IMG/VR virus record: IMGVR_UViG_3300010965_000002
Coordinates: 64,001 to 128,000 of that record
Length of the DNA stretch: 64,000 nucleotides
Strand: one strand, 5' to 3'
Origin: a virus
This document shows, piece by piece, positions 1 through 7,892 of the stretch; position 1 is the stretch's first letter; each line of letters starts with the position of its first letter. Made by a program: the position numbers and the translations under genes. The notes beneath the pieces were generated by a model that saw only the letters and a program-made list of their open reading frames with translations, ran no database searches and was not told the DNA's origin.

Positions 1-303
1 AACGTCCTGAGCACCCGGAATGCTGCAAAGTCCAAAAACAACGTCGCGCTTGACCAGACTTTCTTGTTGCCTCGTGCAGCACAAGGTCAAGCCAACGCCG
101 AGTATGAGTACAGGGCGGTGCCTGAAAACCAGATGACGGTTATCAGCGCAAATCGGCCTGTACGCATCATCTTGACCAGAGAGAGCGGAGAGCTTGATCT
201 AGGTCTACAAACAATCTTCATCATCAGCAGCCCTATTGTTTCTGTGCGGTTTTCAAACACGCAGAACGCCGGGGATGCCGAGGTGAATTTAATCGTCGTC
301 TAA
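1..303 (+). CDS. 5'-truncated hypothetical (probably virion) protein
   Basis: Frame 1 is open from base 1 to TAA at 301-303; beta-rich C-terminus; directly upstream of the sheath operon. Confidence 0.65.
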   Translation, partial: NVLSTRNAAKSKNNVALDQTFLLPRAAQGQANAEYEYRAVPENQMTVISANRPVRIILTRESGELDLGLQTIFIISSPIVSVRFSNTQNAGDAEVNLIVV

Positions 304-313
304 GGAGCCACAC

Positions 314-526
314 ATGAGCGTACTCGTTCAAAATCAAGGCTCCCACGTTGAATACGTGGATGTGGTGAACGCTAACACTGGCGAACGCGACACAGTAACG
401 GTTCAACCTGGGGGTCGCGTTACTCTGCCACGAGGCTATCGCACAGCCGCCACTGGTATCAAGCTGCCGCATCTGCATGTCAGCGGAAACGACACTCCAG
501 TTAGTCCTCTTCAACTCAAGGAATAA
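314..526 (+). CDS. small hypothetical virion-associated protein (70 aa)
   Basis: RBS AAGGAG at 302-307, ATG 314, packed against the sheath gene. Confidence 0.75.
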   Translation: MSVLVQNQGSHVEYVDVVNANTGERDTVTVQPGGRVTLPRGYRTAATGIKLPHLHVSGNDTPVSPLQLKE

Positions 527-528
527 CC

Positions 529-2499
529 ATGCCATTGACCTATTTTCGCAGTGATGTCTACTACGAAGAACAAGACCTGAGCCAGGCAATCGCTGGGGTT
601 TCTACTTCGATTGGTGCCATTGTTGGCGCATCAAAGAAAGGGCCAATCGGTAAACGCTTGGTTACGACAGTTGAGGAGTACATCGACAAGTACGGTGTGC
701 CTGACGCGCAAATCTCTTTCATGGGTTACTGTGCGATTGCGTTCTTGCAAGAAAGCAATCAACTGTGGGTAAACCGCGTTGTTGGCTCAAACGCGCAATG
801 GGGTGGTCTGGTGCTGCATCAAGCCCAGCCGAACCAGTTGCTCAGTACACCTCTTGGCCCACTGCTGTTGAAACCAACGGTGCTTCCAGACCCAGATACC
901 AATGGCGTGCCATGGGATGTGGTTGGTGGAACTACGAACGTACAAGACAACATCTTGTGCTTCTACTCTGACGGCCCTGGTAGCTATTCGCGTGATTTGA
1001 GCGTCAGCATCTATTCTGACAATCTGCGCACGCCTACAAATGCACATGCCTACGATTTTTCCACCATTGGAGTGATTATCGCTGGCGTTGACACTTCGGG
1101 TACTCTGCCCGCTGCGACGTATCAGTACGCTATTGCAGGTGTCAATCGCGTTGGTGAAACGCTACCTGCATTCGCGTCGGTTGCACTGCCTGGCGGTGTT
1201 GCTTCGTATGTGACTTGGGACGCGCAAGAAGGTGCCATTGGTTACTCTGTGTATCGTCTGAACCCAACCAGCTCTGTGTACGAGTACCTGACCACGGTTG
1301 GTGCTGCTGACAATTACTTTGTTGACAAAGGCTTGATCGCACTTGATGCCACTCGCGTGCCTGCAACGGCGCAACAGTTCTCGCCTGAGTTCCGCGTTGA
1401 TGTCTATGACAACACCGTGAGCCGCAACAACCCTGTTGAGTCCTTCCAGTGTACGTTGAAAGACTACACTGACGGTATGGGTCAGCAGTTGGACATCGCC
1501 CAGCAGATCAACGGTGTGAGCAAGTGGATTCGCGTTCAAAACAACGTGGGTGCATTCTTGAATGAGCCTGTGATCTACAGCGTGGCTCGTACCACACTGG
1601 GCGTTGGCGATAGCGGAACTGCCGTTATGTCGTCTAACGTGTCGATGGGCTGGAATGCCTTTGAAGACGACGAAGACGTTGAAGTGCGTATCCTGATCAA
1701 CGGCGGCTACGCAATCCCTGCGGTGCAAGCCAAGATGGACTCGATCTGCCACTCCCGCAAAGACTGTATTGCGATTTTGGACGTACCTCCAAACAAGCAA
1801 GAAGCGATGCGTGCGATTGACTACCGGAACATCAACCTGAACTTGAACTCGAACCGTTCTACGATCTACACGGCTGACGTGTACATTGAGGATGAGTACA
1901 CAGGCAAGCGTTTGTACGTGCCGCCATCAGGCCACGTTGCTGGTGTTTATGCTTACACGGACAACACAACGTTCCCGTGGTTTGCACCTGCCGGTATGAA
2001 TCGTGGTCAACTGCGTGTTCTGGGTGTGCGCTACAAGTACAACAAGGCACAACGTGACAATCTGTGGAAAGCTCAGATCAACTACATCCGTGACTTCAAG
2101 GGTATGGGTCGTGTGGTTTGGGAACAACGCACACTGCAAGTCAAACAATCTGGTTTCTCGTTCGTGAACGTGCGCCGCCTGATGGATACGATTTCGATTG
2201 CTATCCGCAAGGCATTGCTGTTCGATGAATTCGAGCCGAATGATGACTTCCTGCGTCTACAGATCAAGATCATGATCGAGGACTACTTGCGTGTGATTCA
2301 ACAGTCACGCGGTATCAAGGACTACCTGGTGGTTTGTGATGATCGCAACAACCAGCCGTACTACACGGACTTGGGTCAGCTTAACGTGGACATGCTTATC
2401 AAGCCTGTTCTGCCTGCCGAGAAGATTCGCTTACGCGGAACACTGACTCGTCAAGGTGCTGACTTCGGCGAGTTGATCGCGGCAGGCGCACTGCTGTAA
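529..2499 (+). CDS. tail sheath protein (T4 gp18-like)
   Basis: N-term VYYEEQDLS..STSIGAIVGASKKGP; C-term PPSGHVAGVYA..WFAPAGMNRG..VNVRRL..FDEFEPND are sheath-family motifs. Confidence 0.95.
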   Translation: MPLTYFRSDVYYEEQDLSQAIAGVSTSIGAIVGASKKGPIGKRLVTTVEEYIDKYGVPDAQISFMGYCAIAFLQESNQLWVNRVVGSNAQWGGLVLHQAQPNQLLSTPLGPLLLKPTVLPDPDTNGVPWDVVGGTTNVQDNILCFYSDGPGSYSRDLSVSIYSDNLRTPTNAHAYDFSTIGVIIAGVDTSGTLPAATYQYAIAGVNRVGETLPAFASVALPGGVASYVTWDAQEGAIGYSVYRLNPTSSVYEYLTTVGAADNYFVDKGLIALDATRVPATAQQFSPEFRVDVYDNTVSRNNPVESFQCTLKDYTDGMGQQLDIAQQINGVSKWIRVQNNVGAFLNEPVIYSVARTTLGVGDSGTAVMSSNVSMGWNAFEDDEDVEVRILINGGYAIPAVQAKMDSICHSRKDCIAILDVPPNKQEAMRAIDYRNINLNLNSNRSTIYTADVYIEDEYTGKRLYVPPSGHVAGVYAYTDNTTFPWFAPAGMNRGQLRVLGVRYKYNKAQRDNLWKAQINYIRDFKGMGRVVWEQRTLQVKQSGFSFVNVRRLMDTISIAIRKALLFDEFEPNDDFLRLQIKIMIEDYLRVIQQSRGIKDYLVVCDDRNNQPYYTDLGQLNVDMLIKPVLPAEKIRLRGTLTRQGADFGELIAAGALL

Positions 2500-2578
2500 T
2501 GAATCGAGTGGGACAGCCGTTTCTCCAACGGTTGCTGTAGTTGGCAGCTAACCACTCCCCCTATTAAAAAGGAACATT

Positions 2579-2905
2579 ATGAAGCAGATTGTCGCTGAGA
2601 CAAAAGAACGTAAACCAGTGCAAGAAAAGGCTGGTCGTACTTCCCAAGTCTTCGGTGTCATTATGGAATATACCGAAGGCGGTGAACTACTGATTGGAAG
2701 CGGCTGCGTTGCCTTGACCAAGAAGTATGCCAAGTTCGGTGTTAGTGCTCACGTCCTTCCCGGACTTGAAGCTCCAGATGACAACAAAACCCCGCTGTTT
2801 ATGATCGTTGGTGCTACTGAGGGTGGTGTGCGTAAAGCAATTGACGCAATCTCTCCTGGCGATGCCAAGATGTACTATGACAGCATTATCAAACTTCCGG
2901 TATAA
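2579..2905 (+). CDS. hypothetical protein (108 aa)
   Basis: RBS AAGGA, lies between sheath and tube genes. Confidence 0.7.
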   Translation: MKQIVAETKERKPVQEKAGRTSQVFGVIMEYTEGGELLIGSGCVALTKKYAKFGVSAHVLPGLEAPDDNKTPLFMIVGATEGGVRKAIDAISPGDAKMYYDSIIKLPV

Positions 2906-2914
2906 GGAGCAACG

Positions 2915-3421
2915 ATGGCACGCACCTCATTGCAAGACGTAGCTGGACTTCCAGACCCGCTGCTCTCGTATAACTTCGATCTGATCTTCCCGAGCATTCC
3001 GGGCGGTGGTAGCACCCGTGCTATGACCGTCAAGTGCATGAGCACTGCTCTCCCAGGTATGCAACTGGAGCAACAAACTGCTTCGCTGCATGGGGTCGAA
3101 ATCAACTACGCTGGGCGTCAGATTTGGACGAAGACCTTCCAAGCAACGTTCATTGAAACCCGTGATGGCGGCACCCGTGCAGCTATTCGCAAGTGGATTG
3201 AATTCGCACGCAACAACAAACAAAACTCCGGCAACTACAAGGCGCAATACGGGGTTGATGCTGTGATGTTGCTGTACGATGACATCCCGAACGTTATCAA
3301 CACCACGAAGATTGTGGGTTGCTTCCCAACGCAATTGGACGATGTGAACATGGACGGTGCCCAAGGCACAATCGTTCAAGTTTCCGTGACGTTCTCTTAC
3401 GACTGGACTGAGGAGCAATAA
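2915..3421 (+). CDS. tail tube protein (T4 gp19-like)
   Basis: DPLLSYNFDLIFP, LPGMQLEQ, GCFPTQL, VSVTFSYDW; follows sheath. Confidence 0.88.
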   Translation: MARTSLQDVAGLPDPLLSYNFDLIFPSIPGGGSTRAMTVKCMSTALPGMQLEQQTASLHGVEINYAGRQIWTKTFQATFIETRDGGTRAAIRKWIEFARNNKQNSGNYKAQYGVDAVMLLYDDIPNVINTTKIVGCFPTQLDDVNMDGAQGTIVQVSVTFSYDWTEEQ

Positions 3422-3423
3422 CA

Positions 3424-3903
3424 ATGAGTTGGCGCGACCGAGCTAAATCGCGCACTGACCCATTGTTACGTTTCTGCTGGGACATTCAAATACAATCTCC
3501 GGGTGGCTCACTGCCCCCGGAGTATGTGGAGGAAGTTAACACTCCATTGCCCAAGTATGAAAGCGACAGTGCTACGTTCAAAGCGCGTAAATACTACTTT
3601 GCTAAGTTTGAGGATTTCGGAGTAACTTCAATCAAGTTCTACGAGGACCACAACTGCACCGTAACAAAGTGGTTGCGTGCCTGGCAAAGCAAAATCAAAA
3701 CGGATAGTGGTGATTACGAAGTGCCTAGTAAGTACAAAGGTACGATCACAGTCATGGCTAAAGACGCTATGGACAACACTACGACAACCTTCGTTATGCA
3801 CGGTGTGTTTCCGACACAAGTGCCTGCCATCCCATTTGGCAGTTCAGGTGAGCTAGTCTCACTAGATGTGGAATTCTCTGTTGACAGAGTGGAGGTGAAA
3901 TAG
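3424..3903 (+). CDS. second tail tube-like protein (gp19/gp54-like paralogue)
   Basis: DPLLRFCW, GVFPTQV, LDVEFSVD parallel the upstream tube protein. Confidence 0.75.
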   Translation: MSWRDRAKSRTDPLLRFCWDIQIQSPGGSLPPEYVEEVNTPLPKYESDSATFKARKYYFAKFEDFGVTSIKFYEDHNCTVTKWLRAWQSKIKTDSGDYEVPSKYKGTITVMAKDAMDNTTTTFVMHGVFPTQVPAIPFGSSGELVSLDVEFSVDRVEVK

Positions 3904-3951
3904 ACCTCTTAGAGCTATGGTCTTATACCCCGCTCGCCAATGATCTTAAAC

Positions 3952-3970
3952 GCTAGGAACTCAATCTAGC
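3952..3970. promoter_or_regulatory. GCTAGGAA-N5-TCTAGC motif, copy 1
   Basis: Intergenic imperfect palindrome; same 14 fixed bases and spacing recur at 19209-19227. Confidence 0.45.
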
Positions 3971-4023
3971 AAAGTCTGCGGCACCCTTGTTTTTCAAACC
4001 CCTTTTTGGTAAAGGAATCAATC

Positions 4024-5265
4024 ATGTCAGGCGATAGTCTATCCTTTGACCCTACGGAACCAGTGGTGCTTCACGGCGCTGAACATGGTCGTCCGTTGCG
4101 AGTCCAACGGCCCGAAGCGCATCAAGCGCCGCAAGCGGCCACCGCTCCTCAAGTCACTGCACCACCGCGTCAAAATCCGCAGGCACGTGCCGTCGTAACT
4201 GAGGGTAAAGCACCAACTCCCCAACCACAACAAGCCGCACAGCGTCCAACAGCGCCAGCACAACGTCCTCAACAACCTGTTCGTCAACAAGTTGCACAAC
4301 CAGAACAAGATGAACCTGAACAACCTGTTGCACAAACAGTGTCCAAGAACCGTCCTCGTTTGCCGTTGCTGAGTATCACGGGTCACCGCAATGTCACCGC
4401 CGCCTATGAAGACATCTGGCTGCCAAGTGAATTCGTTGCTTACCCTTGGAAAGACTTGCAAATCCGTCGATTCAATATCGAGGAACTGCGTGCCATGATT
4501 CGTGCGCGTACATCAGGTAACCTCCGTCACTTGATTCGTGCCGTTGACGGTACCCTGAGTCGTCCGATCACTGATCTGACACAAGGCGATTTCTGGTACA
4601 TCATGTACTGGCACCGCCTTAACAGCTACAAGAAATCACCATTCGTTATTGAATGGGTGTGCGACAACGATGACCACTTGCGTAAGGTCGGTGGCGTTGG
4701 TCTGGAAGAAGGTGCTGCACCTCTTGCGCCAGAAACACTGCGTAACCTGCTGACGGTGAGCAAGAGCAATCTTGACACAGCGGCTATTGATAAGGACGCA
4801 TATGAAAAATTGCGTGACCAAATCCTTGCTGAGTATGGTGTGCATGTTCGTCCTCAAAACGTCGTTGACTTTATCAGCGCCGTTGACGAAGACGAAGAAC
4901 TTGAACACGAACGTAAGCTGGCCCGCGAAAAACAAGAAGCCGCTGTAGCAGCAGGCGATGTTGACGCTTTCCTTGCAGATGACGACGAAGAAGTCGGCGC
5001 TAACGAGGACCGCAGTTTCATCTACCGCTATGCAGCGTTGATTGACAACCAGCACGGTGAAAGCCTGGCTGACCGCGCTGAGTGGTTGAACTCACAAGAG
5101 CCTGATCTTTTGGTTGATCTTGAGGACTTCCTCAAAGTATCCGATCATGGGGTTACCGAATCATGGACAGTTGTTTGCAAGGAGTGTGGTGCGCCGAAGA
5201 TTGTTAAACAATCTCTCGACGCACTCACGTTTCTTCCCTCGCTACAGCGAGGAGGACTTACTTAA
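4024..5265 (+). CDS. baseplate hub assembly protein (T4 gp26-like) with Pro/Gln/Ala-rich N-terminus
   Basis: IRRFNIEE..DFWYIMYWHRLNSY and C-terminal CKECGA; RBS AAAGGA favours ATG 4024 over TTG 4006. Confidence 0.75.
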   Translation: MSGDSLSFDPTEPVVLHGAEHGRPLRVQRPEAHQAPQAATAPQVTAPPRQNPQARAVVTEGKAPTPQPQQAAQRPTAPAQRPQQPVRQQVAQPEQDEPEQPVAQTVSKNRPRLPLLSITGHRNVTAAYEDIWLPSEFVAYPWKDLQIRRFNIEELRAMIRARTSGNLRHLIRAVDGTLSRPITDLTQGDFWYIMYWHRLNSYKKSPFVIEWVCDNDDHLRKVGGVGLEEGAAPLAPETLRNLLTVSKSNLDTAAIDKDAYEKLRDQILAEYGVHVRPQNVVDFISAVDEDEELEHERKLAREKQEAAVAAGDVDAFLADDDEEVGANEDRSFIYRYAALIDNQHGESLADRAEWLNSQEPDLLVDLEDFLKVSDHGVTESWTVVCKECGAPKIVKQSLDALTFLPSLQRGGLT

Positions 5266-5281
5266 CCGCAAATACTCGTTC

Positions 5282-5431
5282 ATGGCCCGACTCCAAGTGA
5301 TACCGCCTGATGATATGGAAGCACGGGAGTTCATCTACCATGCCGACATGATTCAGCGCGACATTGCTGAGGAAGAAAAGCGCAAGAAAATGGAATCAGC
5401 CATGCAACGAGCTAAAGGCGTAAGGATGTAA
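5282..5431 (+). CDS. small hub assembly/chaperone ORF (gp51-like); may be reached by +1 frameshift from the upstream gene
   Basis: DDMEAREF..IAEEEKRKK resembles the short gp51-type ORFs that follow gp26 in T4-like phages; the open frame extends upstream over the end of the gp26-like gene. Confidence 0.6.
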   Translation: MARLQVIPPDDMEAREFIYHADMIQRDIAEEEKRKKMESAMQRAKGVRM

Positions 5432-5432
5432 C

Positions 5433-7892
5433 ATGGACATGCGACAAGCAGCCGAGTTTTTCAAGACCCGCTGGAAATGGCGTAAAGAGCCTGACTGGTA
5501 TCGTGAAGAACAGGCCAAAAGAGCAGAAAGACAGAAGGCTGCTGTCGCTGCCAAACGTGCAGCCAAAACGTCTACAAATGGTACTGGAAGCTCAGAGTCC
5601 AGTACGCCAGAAAAGGGTGGTCAACAAGGGTCTCAACAGCTCTCAAATGACCCTCAATCAGGCAAACAAGAGCCTCAAAAGCAGCCTATCAACAAACAAC
5701 AGCAAGCGGTAAAAGACCGGCAACAACAGGTTATTGATCTGTATTTGCAACAGGTTCTGGAATCGCTTGGCAAGATAGAGCAAAGCCCTGCCGTCAAGAA
5801 AATGATGGACGACACCCTTGAGCTTCTGCGAGTCAAAATCGTAGAGCCTAAGATGTTGCTGGACTTTGGCAAAGAGCTTGCCCGGTTGGAAGCAACTAAC
5901 AAGCCTCTGAAAGAAAAGTTGGTGGTCGCACGCACCGAAGCCCGTAAGGGTGGCAATCGTGACGTGTGGGAAAAAGTGGACAAGGAACTTGCGCACTTGC
6001 AAGACCTTGAACACAAAGGTAAGACGTTGGAGTTCAGCGGAAATCTGGCTGGCACAACGATGGGTATTCTGGACGCTTTCTTAGGTCCAGCCGGCCCTCT
6101 GTTCAAGACAGCGCGTGATCTTCACGCCGAATACAAAGACGATGCCAAAGGCTTGTTGGTGAAGTTTGGTCGTGTGCCTGCATTTGTACGCGCCAAGGTT
6201 GATAAGCTCAAGAAAATTTGGAGTAGCCGGGACTCGCTGTTCAAACGGTTGTTCCCTAAGTTCGCTTTGGCATTGGACAAGTTTGGCAACAAGCTAAAGG
6301 ACATGGGTTCGAGCTTAATGGACAAACTAAAGCTCGGTAAGGGCAAAGGTAAATTTGGTAAGCTGGCCGCAGGTGCTGCTGCCGTTGGTAGTTTCCTTAC
6401 CAGTGACATTGGGAAAGCAGTCAGCTTGCTGGGCATCGCTGGTATAGCCTCGATGTTCGGTAAGAAGTCAGAGGCTGCTGAAAAGCCCACGAATGCAACA
6501 GAAAAACCTGACAAAGAAAGTCCGTGGTCAATACAAGGTATCACTTCAGGTCTAAGCAAAGCTGCTAGCACGGTCACAGGTCTGTTCGGTGACTTGTCAG
6601 GTTGGATGTCAGATAGTTGGAAAAGGCTCACTCGGTGGGCTAGTGGCGCTTATGGAGGCCTAGCTTCCAGCGTTCGCATGGCTGAACTCAAAGTGCGTAT
6701 CCTCAAAGATAACGTTGAAGAACAGCGCGACAAGATGTGGGACAGCATCACTGGTTGGTTTGATGAACTGTGGGAGAAGATCAAGTCGTTCATCCCAGAG
6801 AGCATTCGTAACGCGGGCAGCAAGGTAGCTGAGAAAGCTGGTCAAGCAGTTGACTGGACTAAAGAGAAGGCCAATCAAGCTGCGGTGATGACCCGGGACG
6901 TGCTCGGTATAAAGACTGACCCTGCTGGTGGTGACGGTGTTGCCAAGCCTCGAAGCATTCAAGTCCCACAAGTCGGTGATGCTGAGTCTGGAAAAAACGC
7001 AGTCAAGGTTCAGAGCGGTGTGAATCTGAGCGGCATGAACACGGCCTTGATGAACAACTTTTATGCTATGGCAGGCGAGTACAATCGTTTGACAGGCAAG
7101 ACGGTTCAAGTCAATAGCGCGTTCCGTAGCAAGGAAGAACAAGCGCAGTTGAAAGCCATGTACCCTGGCAAAGCAGCTACGCCCGGATATTCAATGCACG
7201 AGTATGGCCTTGCGATTGACATCAATAGCGCCGATGCGAATGCAATGGAGAACATGGGGCTGTTTTCCAAGTTTGGATTCGTGCGACCTGTCAGCGGTGA
7301 AGCATGGCACGTAGAACCAATTGCCATCCAAGGTATGAAGTCGGCTATACGTAAAGGCAACACCAGTGTTGATGCAGCAGTGGCCGCCTCTGGCCAAGGG
7401 TCTAGCACAGCGCAAGCCAAGACGGAATCAGAAGGTAACGTTGCACAGACAGTTCAAACGGCCACGCAACAAACAAAAACTGACGTGACGGCAGCCGCCA
7501 GCGCAGCAGTTATGCCACCTACTGTGCAGCATTCGCAAGCACCAAAGGCCGGTGATGCCAAAACGCCTACATTGACGCAAGCATTTGCTAAGCCCGATGT
7601 ACCACAACCAAGCGTGGCTACTATTGGACCTATGGACGCGAACGTTTCCATGCCAATGCCGCCAGTGCCTGCTGGTCCTGCAACAGTGATGGCGTCGGTT
7701 GCGCCTAAACTGGATGCTCAATACGAACGTGTTGAAAGTCGAAGCAAGCGTCTTGATAAGACCTTAGAGAATGCACCTATTGACACAGAAGTCGCTCGCA
7801 GCAACAACCATAAACAAACAGGTGCGAACAACATACCGTTCTATCTTGGTGACATGGGGATGTTAACACTTAACCTCGGAATTGGCGCATGA
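5433..7892 (+). CDS. tape-measure-like tail protein with peptidase M15 (VanY-like D,D-carboxypeptidase) domain
   Basis: Long helical K/A/G-rich body; VNSAFRSKEEQ..PGYSMHEYGLAID..EAWHVE is the M15 Zn motif. Confidence 0.82.
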   Translation: MDMRQAAEFFKTRWKWRKEPDWYREEQAKRAERQKAAVAAKRAAKTSTNGTGSSESSTPEKGGQQGSQQLSNDPQSGKQEPQKQPINKQQQAVKDRQQQVIDLYLQQVLESLGKIEQSPAVKKMMDDTLELLRVKIVEPKMLLDFGKELARLEATNKPLKEKLVVARTEARKGGNRDVWEKVDKELAHLQDLEHKGKTLEFSGNLAGTTMGILDAFLGPAGPLFKTARDLHAEYKDDAKGLLVKFGRVPAFVRAKVDKLKKIWSSRDSLFKRLFPKFALALDKFGNKLKDMGSSLMDKLKLGKGKGKFGKLAAGAAAVGSFLTSDIGKAVSLLGIAGIASMFGKKSEAAEKPTNATEKPDKESPWSIQGITSGLSKAASTVTGLFGDLSGWMSDSWKRLTRWASGAYGGLASSVRMAELKVRILKDNVEEQRDKMWDSITGWFDELWEKIKSFIPESIRNAGSKVAEKAGQAVDWTKEKANQAAVMTRDVLGIKTDPAGGDGVAKPRSIQVPQVGDAESGKNAVKVQSGVNLSGMNTALMNNFYAMAGEYNRLTGKTVQVNSAFRSKEEQAQLKAMYPGKAATPGYSMHEYGLAIDINSADANAMENMGLFSKFGFVRPVSGEAWHVEPIAIQGMKSAIRKGNTSVDAAVAASGQGSSTAQAKTESEGNVAQTVQTATQQTKTDVTAAASAAVMPPTVQHSQAPKAGDAKTPTLTQAFAKPDVPQPSVATIGPMDANVSMPMPPVPAGPATVMASVAPKLDAQYERVESRSKRLDKTLENAPIDTEVARSNNHKQTGANNIPFYLGDMGMLTLNLGIGA

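Noticed and set aside
5114-5281. 105-aa ORF starting at TTG 5114
   Set aside because: No RBS and deep overlap with the conserved CKECG region of the gp26-like gene; only the last part is plausibly coding, via frameshift
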